NCBI GenBank assembly: GCA_023334545.1
Contig: JAADVB010000088.1
Coordinates: forward strand, 1 to 64,000
DNA: 64,000 nt
DNA from: Salisapilia sapeloensis CBS 127946
Lineage: Eukaryota; Protista; Oomycota
Direction of reading: 5' to 3'
Shown: piece by piece, positions 43,362 through 53,839 of the stretch
Layout: every line of letters starts with the position of its first letter
Position numbering within the stretch: position 1 is the first letter of the stretch
Program-made: the position numbers and the translations under genes
The notes under the pieces: generated by a model
What the model saw: the letters and a program-made list of their open reading frames with translations, nothing else
Database searches by the model: none
What the model was told of the DNA's origin: nothing

Positions 43362-43975
43362 ATGGCCGACTACGCGAAAGTTGAGAATAACCCGTTGCCG
43401 ACGGTCCTGGCGGACCATGCCCCGAACGTCGCGTTCGTGATTCACCGTAACAAGAACAAGAATGTCGTCGTGTACTCTGCCAACTTGCGTGAGGATGGCA
43501 CTTTGGACCCGGAAAACCCGCTGGAAGTTTTCTGGATCATGTTTGAGAACGACGGCAACCCTCGTGAAGACCTAAACATGATTGAGCGCAACACTGCCTA
43601 CGGATGCACCGTGAAGCCTCGTGAAGGACATCCGGGCGAGTATGAGGTGAGCATGTTCAGATTTGTCATTTGTTATCACGTGTGCTAATTTGCAAATTCA
43701 TGTAGGTGATCTTGACTTCGCTCAAGGACCGCACGCTCATTCTCAAGGTTGAGGACGGTAAGGTCGTTGGCAAGGGTACATGCAACGGTGTGGAGGACTG
43801 CACTCTTCACCGTGTGTTTGTTCACTCAACGACTTCGTGGGGCATGCCCAAGGTACGATATCGAATCTCACATCTAAAGATGCCTTTGCTCACTCTAGCC
43901 TGCTAGGTGGACCACATCGAGATCCATGGCGTGGACCCGAGCGGCAACGCTGTTGTGGAGAAGAAGAAACCTTAG
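43362..43975 (+). CDS. DUF4833-like protein (3 exons)
   Basis: FVIHRNKNKNVVVYSAN...PLEVFWI...EDLNMIERNTAYG...W(G)MPKVDHIEIHG matches my recollection of the DUF4833 pattern; GT-AG introns; strong codon bias. Confidence 0.7.
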
Positions 43976-44146
43976 ATCCATCCAACGGAAGATTTTCCAC
44001 CTTTACAATCTGTACGCATGAGGTACCATCGAAAGAAAATAAAAAAGAATCCCAATCCTACTGCCACAACGTCTTGCGTTCTATAAATACTTCCAACAGC
44101 TCTCTTCGTACGTATTAAATACCTTTTTTCAACCACTCTCGTCTCC

Positions 44147-45077
44147 ATGGCCGATCAAGTCGAAGACTCTGCCGTAAATGACTTTCTCCTCATTCTTGAG
44201 GAGCATCGAAAGAATTGCGAACGCCAAGGCAAGTATGTAGAAGCGGAGATAGCAAAGAACCGACTGGAAGAGCTCAAGGTGCATGAAGAAAATCGTCGAA
44301 AGGAAGCTATGCGATCTCGTCAGATCGCTGAGAGACTTGGTATTGAAGAGGCGCACATGCTCGAGTTTCAGCAATTCAATCAAGTTTGGGACCGGAAAAT
44401 GGAAGAGTACGAAGGAAACGTGGAGCAGCTAGTCGCCAACATGCGTGAGAAGCATAAGAACGACTTACTTGATTTTCAGAAAAAGTTACTGGAGAAGCAA
44501 AACAAGCCAAAGTTTTCAAAAGATCTCTTAAATTTGCGACGTGTGGAGGAGCATCTCGCACGACAGAAAGAGTACGTGTCTAGTGGGTACATGTCGTAAA
44601 GCCGTAGAGTTAATAGATATACTCATGTAGCTATTCGGAAGCGCATAAGATCAAACTGAAGGCAGATGCATTGGTATGCAGTGAAATTAGCATGAAATGT
44701 CGGTACTTGCGCTAAAATCTATTTGATGTAGGAAGAATGGGAGACAGAGAAATGGCAGAACTTGAGACAGCAAGAAATGTTCCAACGTGAAGTTACCTTT
44801 AAGCAACGGCAAAAACAGGATTTGGATGCGTTGCAGAAGCGTATCCAGTCTGGCAGGGAAGAGCAAAAGAAACAGCGACAAGTCGACTTGGAACGGTAGT
44901 AGATTTCGTCTTCGATACTTTATTTTGCTGCACGATTGATGTTGGGATCATAGGCTGCTGCAAAGGTATCAGAACGTCAAGGCCGAATTGCAAAAGCAAC
45001 AGAATTTGGAGCGTATTCGCCATGAAAAGTTCGTTCAACGGCCAGGAGGCAATGCCAGCCTCAGTGGCAAAGCGTAG
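44147..45077 (+). CDS. Conserved coiled-coil protein of the type found in flagellated protists (4 exons)
   Basis: LEEHRKNCERQGKYVEAEIAKNRLEEL...EEAHMLEFQQFNQVWD...PKFSKDLLNLR...LARQKEYSEAHKIK; recalled from ciliate/algal flagella-associated hypothetical proteins. Confidence 0.7.
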
Positions 45078-45187
45078 GTACCAGAATAGCATTAAACAAA
45101 TACATTCTTTCCAAGCACTATATGAATTCCTGTCTATCTCGCTCTTCCACCGTGCAGTTCGTAGCTCGCTTTCGATACTTGACGATG

Positions 45188-45324
45188 CTAATCCTTCCTG
45201 TGCACGGATTTAAAAGCCTTGCGGTTCTGTATTACCATATACGCCACTGGAAGGATGACTCCAACGACCATTATCATCAGTCCGGTGACGTAGGCTCCCG
45301 AAAAGTACGAGATCGTGTGTTCCA
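45188..45324 (-). CDS. Candidate 45-aa single-pass membrane microprotein
   Basis: MEHTISYFSGAYVTGLMIMVVGVILPVAYMVIQNRKAFKSVHRKD: one TM helix followed by a basic tail; fills an otherwise empty gap. Confidence 0.45.
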
Positions 45325-45453
45325 TGCTTTCGTATCGATATGTGTGGTTCAACTGCAATAGAAGAGACTCTCCGACGTAAAAGAATCTAAATACAAGAGC
45401 ATATACAAAAAGCAAGTTATATACCAGTCATCTACTCTCGCCATTCTGTGGAT

Positions 45454-46245
45454 ATGCTACGTCGATTTTTACCAGTAGCTCGCGTGGCGCGTCTACCGAG
45501 CAAGTCTCTACCATGCCGCTTCATGACAGCCGAAGCTGCCAAGAAGCCTACTGGACCACCTATTAAGAAATACATGATCTATACGACGATCATCATGTTC
45601 GGCATCCCTGGCGCCATCGGTGGTGTCTTCGTGTACAACCTCCGTACGGACGACGAGTTCTATGCGTACTTTAACGACCGGTACCCAGACTTGATCGAAG
45701 CCATTGAAAGCTATGTTCAATTGGACGAATCGCAATTAGAGCTGTCGGCTCGAGATGACATTGGGCCGATTGACGATACGAGTGCATTAGAAGAAGAGAC
45801 GGTGGACATCATTGCCCACTTGCGATCCGGCAAGACCGTCACATTCCAGACTTCTGGATCGGCAACGCAAAAGGAGATTGAGGCAAAGGCATTGACGCTA
45901 TCATCGACTTCCAGCGATGCTGTCGTGTCCTTTTCGTTCGACGAAGGTGATGAGTCTGCGAATAAACCAGCTGCAGCACAAGCCCTTCCCGGCAGCTTTC
46001 CACCTCAGATGACGTGGGGTAGTAGCAACAGGTCATCGTCCACTGCTTCCGCACCGAAGAAGACACCGACGTCGGAACTACGTCGCGAACTGGATGATAT
46101 TCGCGTACAACAGGCGGCTTTGGAGCAGTCCAAGTATGCCGGGAGAGACATTGACGACGTTGATGAAGAAATTGCGCAGCTTGAGCGCCGAAAGGAAGAG
46201 ATTAAGCGAGCCTTACCGCGAAAGCGATTCCTCTACATCTTCTAA
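45454..46245 (+). CDS. Hypothetical mitochondrial inner-membrane protein (presequence + TM + C-terminal coiled coil)
   Basis: Arg-rich, acid-free N-terminus MLRRFLPVARVARLPSK; TM YMIYTTIIMFGIPGAIGGVFVY; C-terminal heptads. Confidence 0.7.
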   Translation: MLRRFLPVARVARLPSKSLPCRFMTAEAAKKPTGPPIKKYMIYTTIIMFGIPGAIGGVFVYNLRTDDEFYAYFNDRYPDLIEAIESYVQLDESQLELSARDDIGPIDDTSALEEETVDIIAHLRSGKTVTFQTSGSATQKEIEAKALTLSSTSSDAVVSFSFDEGDESANKPAAAQALPGSFPPQMTWGSSNRSSSTASAPKKTPTSELRRELDDIRVQQAALEQSKYAGRDIDDVDEEIAQLERRKEEIKRALPRKRFLYIF

Positions 46246-46616
46246 ATGCATCTGATACTGCTCTCTTCCATTTTCTGACCTTCTCTACCTTTCGTATTCC
46301 TTTGGGAAAGTCGATTATCTTGTACAGGCATGAAAATCCAGGATCTTCCTGTGATCCGAGGCATGCACCCATCAGGTGCTCAACTCGTAGAAATACCTTG
46401 CCACCGAACCCATTTCTGCCCATCGACATATCTTTGACATCGACTTGCTTTCACTATACTTTCACACAACCGGATTGCGCTTGGCGACACGGAATAAAAA
46501 GTTTTATTCAAGTACAAAAAACGACCTGCATCCAAACGACACTGAGAAAAGTCAATTCATCTCACTTCGTAAAAGACTCGAGAAACAACAAGTTGCCGTC
46601 CCCGCACACTTTATAC

Positions 46617-48813
46617 ATGGTCATCCCGCACTTGGACGAAGACCAAGATGAACGGTCCGAGCAAATGCAATCATCTAGACGCCGCGGTGCGTTCGGTAGC
46701 TCAGGCTTTGAACTCTCGTTCCTCTCGCGCGTACCGGCACATCGCGAAAACATGACGGCTGAACGCGCTGCAGTCGGTTCCGCTCGACTGAAACTATATC
46801 ATGAACTGTGTGACCAACGGCTTGATTGTGCGCTCAACCAATTTCGGCGTCTAGAAGATGCAGGTGAACGCGGGTCGATCACATCTCGTCGATCTAGACC
46901 GAGTTTCGGATCATCGCCTACAACTACCCGTGCGTCGCTTGATCCACGGAACTGGAAACTCGTGCGTGAACGTAGTGACATTCACGTCATGCGACACATG
47001 AAGCGAAAGCAGCGGACGAGTACGATCATGGCGACAGGAACGCTCCATGGGAGTCTCGTGGACGTCATGAGTGGATTGTATGCGGAATCGACGAACGAGT
47101 CTCGCGTACTGCATGCACTCTTGACGCCACGAGTGCTGGACACGGGTGTCGTTTTAGTGGACAAGCGCAGCTCGGAGTCGTCGCCCTTTCAGTTCTCCGG
47201 TATTACGTATACAGCTCTGCAGGCTCCTGGAATCTTCTGTCGGCATCGGGACTTTCTCTGCTTCAAGGTATGTCAAGCTTACGTGTCGTTCTTAGTTGAT
47301 GGTGATGCTAATTTTTGCTTGTCTTTAGAAAATGGATTTAATCACAGATGATTTTGGTGAAGAGTTTGGCTACATGACACTTCAATCGGTGGATTCAGTG
47401 GATGATCCGCTTAATCCTCGTTTATCCCACGCTTCGTACGATTACTCCTACCAGTACACACCACAACAGCACTCTCCGTATCGCCGAGGCTACTTGTCCA
47501 TCGCGATCGTATTCTATCGTCATCCGACCGACAGCAATCTTGTCACCATGTTCGCACATGGTGAGTATAACCCCAAGGGCCGTATACCTCTAGCATTAGG
47601 AGAACTCTGTCTAGCCGATTACCTCGTATCGATGGCCCACACCGTCCGTACTGGTCAAGCAAAGAAGTTATCTGCTCTACTGCAAATTCAACACGAGCAA
47701 CGTCGTCAATTCCGCCACTCGTGGGGTCCGAACGATCAGGACGATTATGAAGCAGAAAAGCTGCAGGACCGTTGCTCGCTCTGTGCCCGATCTTTGTTCT
47801 TTTGGGATGGTCCTCGCCGCTGCCGTAGCTGCTGGAAGCGAACCTGTCGCCGCTGCCGTGTAGAAAAACCGATTTTCTGTGCACACATGCATCGTAGTCA
47901 TGATGACCAAAAGGGTTCGAAAATCCAATCGCCGTGTACGGAAAACTTTTGCCTCCAATGCGTCTGCAATGTGATTCCGAGTGCGACACAGACCAATGCA
48001 AAGCTTTTAGATCGCTTGGACAAGAAGCGACGTCGGTCCATAGGTGCTCCGTCGAATGCGCGGCAGACCATTTCCAGCTCTACGGACGACGTGCGCTCTT
48101 GGCCAGGTCGAGCTGAATCGGATCGTATGATGGAAAATAATCAGGATGACGCTTCGAGTATCTCGGCCTTTTCATCTTTCGAGTCCGACAAACTCCAGCA
48201 GCACAGACTAACTCTGACGAAGCCACCTCGTCGCAACTCGAGTTGGGATCAACTACCCCTTCAAAACTCGACAAGAGCTGCATCCAGCTCTCAATTATAT
48301 CAAACAACTAGTTTCATCTCGAATGGCGGCGTGTCGACGTCGATGCAAAGCTTTTTCTCCGTCTCGTCGAGTGGACTCGACCACTCGACTAGTTTCAGTG
48401 GGAACAACGCAGCATTGGACGAGACGATCGATGAAGAGCGAGAAGCAAACGCTCTCCATCCGCAGCGAAATCGTCGCACACCAAAGAGACATGATAACAA
48501 TCTACCGAAGAAAGCAAGTGGTCGAGTGAAAGCAAGTCCTCAGAAACGAAGTGAGGAGTATTACGACCGGAAGCTACAAGACTATCTGAACAACTTGACA
48601 AGCAGTCACTCGTTCATGAGCAGCAAGCGGAGTATGGACAGTAGCGCCCATGACCTCATGTCGATTAGCACGCCGCACACACTCAGTCGAACGACGCCAA
48701 GGTTTGACGACGACCTGACGGATCTGCGTGGTTTCGCCACCAACGTCGACGACGCATCTCCATCCTCCGTCGCCTCTGCTCGAGTCTACGCGCAAAATTT
48801 TCCCGACAATTAA
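46617..48813 (+). CDS. START-like domain + degenerate FYVE-type zinc finger protein (oomycete family), 2 exons
   Basis: WKLVRERSDIHV...MATGTLHGSLVDVMSGLY...RHRDFLCF; Cys cluster CSLC...CRSC...CRRC...CLQC; Ser-rich tail; intron ~47267-47328. Confidence 0.8.
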
Positions 48814-49043
48814 TTAACAACTTTATTTTTCATATCTATCTCGAAAGAAACTATCTTTATGCTTACTTTTGATAACTATAACTTTAGTCTACTATATCAT
48901 GCAGTGCGATCAGCTAACCCATAGTGGCAGCAACAGTAGCCATCTTAATATCGTACAGGAAGTCTACCAAATAGAAACGAAAAAAATAAAAAGAGAAATA
49001 CGTGTGGAATCGGAACCAATCGATTATCCAATTACGAAAGGTC

Positions 49044-49517
<474 letters not shown>

Positions 49518-49626
49518 TTAAAGCTACGGAGACGGAAGACGTTAGTGTCAAGTGGATAAAGTGAAGCTCGTCGATGGATGGAGATACCTACGGAAAAGGA
49601 AATCTTGGTACTTGCGTACCAAGATC

Positions 49627-49779
49627 CCTACTTCCGATCCTCGATATTCGCAACACTCGACGAGTCACGTCCACGTCGGTTGTTTCGTGCAGGTTCCGGA
49701 TGGAGTTAGAGAAAGAAAGCAATCGATGGACATGCCTCGTCGATTGCGAATAAGAGACCGAGGATGGAGAAGCCGTAGG
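49627..49779 (-). repeat. Long imperfect inverted repeat (hairpin) upstream of the RPS27A ATG, inside a probable 5'-leader intron
   Basis: Arms 49627-49686 and 49715-49779 with perfectly complementary blocks of 5, 7, 9, 8 and 5 bp plus shorter ones; 28-nt loop. Confidence 0.8.
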
Positions 49780-50335
49780 TACGTACCGAATACAATCGAC
49801 GTTGGAGGAGTTTACATACCGAACGAAAAGAGGGTGGTGCCCGAAGTTGTCGTCCGATTCCAGAGTGATTGGGCTCCAAGCTATGGACACTTCGCGTCTT
49901 GTGAACCAGTCAGAGAAGGTATACAAAAATGCAGTCTATTTATAAGTGACTGGAGGGATGTATACTTCTAATTCGGTTGTTTTACGACCGTTTTGTTGGG
50001 AAAGCGGAGATCTTGAAAGGATGTGTGGCGTTGAAGTTGTATGGAAGTTATTAATAGCTCGCACAAGTGAGCATCTCTTGACGTTAGACGACTTGAGAGC
50101 ACAGGATGGAGCTTGTGTATATATTTTCTAAGAACTATTGCCATTTTCAAAGTACCTGTATCGTCGTGGACGCATGGATTGCACTGATCTGTTCAGTACT
50201 AGTTACCATCCACATTCTCGTCGTATGCATCCGTGTTTGTCTGCACATACGGAGAAAGCTGCGAGGTAAAGTGAATGCAAAAGGATATACGAGCTACTCA
50301 ACTGACAATGTGCTGTAGGTAAGAACGGATTGCTC

Positions 50336-52027
50336 ATGGCAACGAGAGGAATTCTACCATTCCCTTCAGCAGTAATACAAAAGGATGCTCATGCAGCTCG
50401 AGTCATGAGTCACAAGAATACCAAAAAGCACGGGCAACTATTTGTGCTTCAAACACAGCGTATGCTCCATACAGATCTCTCCACGGCGCCTCGTCCACAA
50501 CGTTCGCCAGCTGAAAATGATGGCTCTGTTTTGGTAGGACCGAGAGCTGGTGACCTTGACAGCGAGGATAGTATCGCAGAATCTGATACTTCGAAGGGAG
50601 ATAGCCATCCACAGACGATGCTTTCGAAGCCCAAAAGTTCAAGTTTGGAGTCTTTTATTCCATCGTTAATGACAGGAAGACAGGGAAACAAAACAAAAGG
50701 TAATTCAGGTGATAAACATGATAAACAAGAGAAAACACACCGCCAGAAATTTACTCCATTGCGTATTGCAATGACATTTTCTAAGCCAAAGCGTGAACCA
50801 AAAAATAAACGAAATGAGTCTTTTACTACTCAATCGTACTCACAACGAAATGAGCTTGCGGGGCTTTCACCTGATCTGCGATCACGTCAGGAGTTACAGG
50901 CGAACGAAGCGCTCAAGAAACAGCGAAGGATCAGTGCTGGTGTCGATTCACTCTTGCAATTTGATGTGGACAAAGGTACAGCTGCTGTATATGAAGTGAA
51001 ATTGGCAGAAGTACAGCTTGTGAAGCGTCTTGCGGTTGGTCCACTGAGCGAAGTCTACGCTGCCAAATGGAGAGGAACAAGAGTTGGGGTAAAGCTTCTA
51101 CTGCCGCGACCAGGAGAAGTAGATCAATTTGAGGATGCAGTGAAAAACTTTCGACGAGAAATTTGGGTCATGAATTCGCTCAAGCATCCAAACATCCTAA
51201 CGCTTATCGGTGCTAGCCTCACTCCAAACTGCTACGTCCTTGTGATGGAGTACATGGCAAATGGCTCTCTCTATGACTACTTGCGTGATGAAGCAAATTT
51301 CATCCCACCACCCATGATCGTCACTACTGCACATGAGATTGCGTTGGCAATGAGCTACATCCATGCACGCTCCGTCCTCCAACGCGATCTCAAGTCTAAG
51401 AATTGTCTTATTTCACAGAACTTGGTCGTCAAAGTCTCTGACTTTGGTCTGTCTCGTTACCGGAGTAAATTGTACGGGGAGTACTCATTCGTTGGCACAC
51501 CATTCTGGGCAGCACCAGAAGTCTTACGGCACGAAAAATATAATGAAAAGGCTGATGTGTACAGTTTTGCGATCGTCTTGTGGGAACTTGTCGAGCGAAA
51601 AGACCCATATGAAGACATGAACGCTATGCAAGTCCCATTTCTAGTAGCCAACGATGGCCTTCGACCGGCTGAGTTCACGCGTCCAGCACCACTCGGTCTA
51701 GAGCAGCTTATGAAACAATGTTGGGACAATGACCCAGAGCAACGTCCGGATTTTGCTGAAATTGCCTCGACACTAGCCAAGTGGAATAAAAAGGAAGTCA
51801 ATCGTACCGCTCTATCCGCATTGATACAGCGTGAAGAGCAAAATATTTCTGCTGAAGAAAGGAGGCGATTTGCAATCACGCATGATGCGAACGCCAAAGC
51901 TATCCCCATTATCTTATGTCCAAAGAATCGGACATTCAATGTTATTGATGATGCGGAGGAGGAAGGCAGAAAGCCTTTAAATAAGTTCAAACGCTCATCT
52001 ACAGTGGCAGATTTGCGAGGGAGGTGA
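50336..52027 (+). CDS. TKL (Raf-like) protein kinase with an atypical Gly loop
   Basis: VGVKLL, FRREI, QRDLKSKN, DFG, GTPFWAAPE, DVYSFAI; N-terminal low-complexity region. Confidence 0.9.
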   Translation: MATRGILPFPSAVIQKDAHAARVMSHKNTKKHGQLFVLQTQRMLHTDLSTAPRPQRSPAENDGSVLVGPRAGDLDSEDSIAESDTSKGDSHPQTMLSKPKSSSLESFIPSLMTGRQGNKTKGNSGDKHDKQEKTHRQKFTPLRIAMTFSKPKREPKNKRNESFTTQSYSQRNELAGLSPDLRSRQELQANEALKKQRRISAGVDSLLQFDVDKGTAAVYEVKLAEVQLVKRLAVGPLSEVYAAKWRGTRVGVKLLLPRPGEVDQFEDAVKNFRREIWVMNSLKHPNILTLIGASLTPNCYVLVMEYMANGSLYDYLRDEANFIPPPMIVTTAHEIALAMSYIHARSVLQRDLKSKNCLISQNLVVKVSDFGLSRYRSKLYGEYSFVGTPFWAAPEVLRHEKYNEKADVYSFAIVLWELVERKDPYEDMNAMQVPFLVANDGLRPAEFTRPAPLGLEQLMKQCWDNDPEQRPDFAEIASTLAKWNKKEVNRTALSALIQREEQNISAEERRRFAITHDANAKAIPIILCPKNRTFNVIDDAEEEGRKPLNKFKRSSTVADLRGR

Positions 52028-52153
52028 AAACTACATCGCTGTTTTGACTACGACCCGAATACCCATGTATATCTCCAAATTATTAAGCTCTGCTAGAAAG
52101 TAATTCTACTGTGATAAAAATAGATATCTACATTTGATGAGCGTATAAACCTC

Positions 52154-53839
52154 ATGTCCTCTTCCATTCTTCACTCATCGTTCATATCGTCGAGCATAAG
52201 CATGCAACACTCTGAAGAGAATGAAGAGTCGAAGTTTCCGAGTGGCAACGAAAAAAATGAAACGAATGCAGCAAATGTGACTGATCCGATGCATCAGGGT
52301 GGACTCGTTAGTCTGCTTCTTATTGAAGAATTCTTACTTCGATATCGACTTACTGACACGGCCAAGATGCTACGAGATGAATTTGCCAGATTGCACAGCA
52401 CAAATCAATTTCCAGATGTATCACTTTGGGCACAGATACAAGGAATCTGCTGCAAGCTCTTTTCTACAAAGGAGGTCAGCGTAGACAATCTAAACACTAC
52501 AACACTTGACAAGATGATACATCATCTACTCCAATCCGCTACAGACACCAAGCATCATGAAAGAGGCAAAAAGAACACTAATAATTTGATCAGTGTTGTT
52601 GTTTCACCTAAGAAATCATTGCAGTTATCCGATCTTGGGGCGGATAAATTATTCCCTGTCAAAGCAACATACGACGCGAACTCGTCAAAGACATTTGAGT
52701 ATCCTGTATCGAACGTAGCGCCGCAGGAAATTGATGTAAAAGTTAGTGGAGAAGAAGTGGACGCTTCACACGACCTCTCAACGTACAATGTCAAGGTTTC
52801 AGTTCCAAGTGCCCGACGTAGATCAAGACACAGTTCAAACAAGAGAATACGAGGGATAACAGAAAGCAAGCCACGCCGATCGGTTCAGGCAAAATCGAGT
52901 AAAATCCTGCAAGAAGCTAAATCAACTTTGAAGAAGTACACTTCGACTACTTCTGCGAGTAGTAATTCCGATGATAGAGGACTCATTCTTGCCAACGAAT
53001 CACAACTCAGACGTGACTTGTATGCCTCGAGGGCAATGGAACGTGAGTTGAGAAAAATAGCCGATGAACATCGATTTGGACCGGGAAACCCACAGAGAAA
53101 GTCATCCGATAATACATCAACCGACAGAAAGCAATTCAATCAACACGACGAGCATTCGCATGCACTTACAATGGAACGTTTGGGTTCGAGCAAGCGAATG
53201 GAGTGTGCATTATGTCGTTTTGAACATTTACATGTGAATCTTCCATGTCAAGTGTCGTTTAAATGCATCATCGAAGTGCATCAAAAGTGGAGTTACGAAC
53301 CGCCGGATAGAGGCACCAACCCGTATTACCGACCACCATTATGCTATAATGCTGTCCTTGTGTGTCGTATGTGTGCACAGATCATTCAACATCATACTGG
53401 AAAGTCAGGCACTGTAGAAGAGATGGTATCACCTTTGCGGTCGACTTGTAACACACGGCAAACAAAGTCGATGTCTTCTCTAGCTAATCATGTTGGCCAA
53501 GCTAATCAGAGGAAGCATAGTCCTACAACAGAAAGAAAATTTGTTACTGATCCATTTTCACTTCCGCCTCTTGTGGGAGACGAATGCGATAACACAACCG
53601 AAGAGGATTTAGTGGAAGAACGTCAACGCAGACCTCGCAAGTCCTCTTTCGGATTAGACCAGTCTATGCATCCAAGATTTGTAGAGTCATCCGCGAAAGT
53701 AATTGTATATGAACCACAGTCCAAGGCTGCTGAATTTATGACGCCTAAAGAGTGGGGACTAATCAAAAGCACACGCAGTCTCATTCGTTCTTCAGTCGAA
53801 GAGTCCACACAACAACAAACATCGGATAAAAACCGATAG
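52154..53839 (+). CDS. Hypothetical protein with N-terminal LisH-like motif and a Cys-rich (CxxC...CxxC) module
   Basis: LLIEEFLLRYRLTDTAKMLRDE; ECALC...VCRMCAQ; 561-aa intronless ORF. Confidence 0.7.
   Translation: MSSSILHSSFISSSISMQHSEENEESKFPSGNEKNETNAANVTDPMHQGGLVSLLLIEEFLLRYRLTDTAKMLRDEFARLHSTNQFPDVSLWAQIQGICCKLFSTKEVSVDNLNTTTLDKMIHHLLQSATDTKHHERGKKNTNNLISVVVSPKKSLQLSDLGADKLFPVKATYDANSSKTFEYPVSNVAPQEIDVKVSGEEVDASHDLSTYNVKVSVPSARRRSRHSSNKRIRGITESKPRRSVQAKSSKILQEAKSTLKKYTSTTSASSNSDDRGLILANESQLRRDLYASRAMERELRKIADEHRFGPGNPQRKSSDNTSTDRKQFNQHDEHSHALTMERLGSSKRMECALCRFEHLHVNLPCQVSFKCIIEVHQKWSYEPPDRGTNPYYRPPLCYNAVLVCRMCAQIIQHHTGKSGTVEEMVSPLRSTCNTRQTKSMSSLANHVGQANQRKHSPTTERKFVTDPFSLPPLVGDECDNTTEEDLVEERQRRPRKSSFGLDQSMHPRFVESSAKVIVYEPQSKAAEFMTPKEWGLIKSTRSLIRSSVEESTQQQTSDKNR

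Noticed and set aside
46302-46616. 105-codon in-frame extension upstream of the START-FYVE gene
   Set aside because: It starts from a non-ATG codon right behind the previous gene's stop and has no protein-like features; ATG 46617 is preferred.
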